Origin: Naegleria gruberi
Lineage: Eukaryota
Assembly (NCBI GenBank): GCA_000004985.1
Contig: GG739100.1
Strand: one strand, 5' to 3'
Length of the DNA stretch: 7,875 nt
The notes beneath the pieces were generated by a model, which made no database searches, was not told the DNA's origin, and worked only from the letters and a program-made list of their open reading frames with translations. Every line of letters begins with the position of its first letter. The first letter of the stretch is position 1. A program made the translations under genes and the position numbers. Of the stretch, positions 7,650-7,875 are shown piece by piece.

Positions 7650-7817
7650 CATGTGTTCAGACCACAATCCCGAAATCTCTAACATACCGTAATGGGCAAG
7701 TTTCTGGCTTCTGGTGTGGTCTGATATAGTAAGCCGTCTTCAGATTAACGTGATGCTGTCAAGATTTGCATTGCAGGGTCCGTTCTGGTTTCGTTACATC
7801 CAACCTTTTGTTTTTTT
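7650..7817 (+). ncRNA. candidate small structured RNA / Pol III-like unit of unknown identity: 9-bp perfect inverted repeat (cagaccaca 7658-7666 / tgtggtctg 7724-7732) in a GC-richer island ending in T4GT7 (7806-7817)
   Basis: GC content rises locally compared with the AT-rich flanks. There is a long perfect stem. The T-tract looks like a Pol III terminator or an Sm site. I found no tRNA A/B boxes and no convincing match to U1, U2, U4, U5, U6, U3 or 5S from memory. This is speculative. Confidence 0.15.
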
Positions 7818-7875
7818 GGATTTAAAATAATTAAAGATGGATTTTAATTATTATTTAATTATTTAAATAAAAATG

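Noticed and set aside
7650-7805. tRNA gene adjacent to the retroelement
   Set aside because: There is no TRGCNNAGTGG A box, no GGTTCGANTCC B box, and no cloverleaf-compatible acceptor/T-arm on either strand.

Overview
The window is two islands of real sequence (1-1617 and 6455-7875) separated by a 4,837-nt run of N (1618-6454). It is AT-rich, with yeast-like codon usage (AGA Arg, TTG/TTA Leu, CAA Gln) and hemiascomycete-style signals, so it is probably a scaffold from a draft yeast genome, possibly a CTG-clade Candida/Debaryomyces-type yeast. The left island carries one intact gene on the minus strand (488-1603): a 371-aa Old Yellow Enzyme family flavin oxidoreductase of the bacterial YqjM/NamA type (class II, with the SPMCQYS and HGAHGYL motifs). 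The right island begins inside a plus-strand ORF that stays open to a TAA at 7114-7116. It encodes the tail of an RNase H domain (…VEAHKDKENIKVDLLAKNA) followed by a CX2CX7HX4C zinc knuckle, which is the C-terminus of a non-LTR (LINE) retrotransposon ORF2. An exact 15-bp direct repeat (tttttttaatggttg) sits at 1603-1617, flush against the gap, and again at 7170-7184, 53 bp after the LINE stop codon. I read this as a target-site duplication of a ~5.5-kb LINE inserted head-to-head just 14 bp upstream of the OYE start codon, with its 5' ~4.8 kb hidden in the gap. The native OYE 5' region (TATAAAG, tandem TTTCCGA and CACTCAA repeats) is therefore displaced to 7185 onward. Further right is an unexplained GC-richer island (7650-7805) with a 9-bp inverted repeat that ends in a T4GT7 tract; on the opposite strand it carries a GTATGT…TACTAAC pair. 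All long ORFs in the supplied track that run through the N block are artifacts. I see no support for an operon-like 'system'. The main points of interest are the retrotransposon insertion geometry and a bacterial-type OYE in a eukaryotic context.
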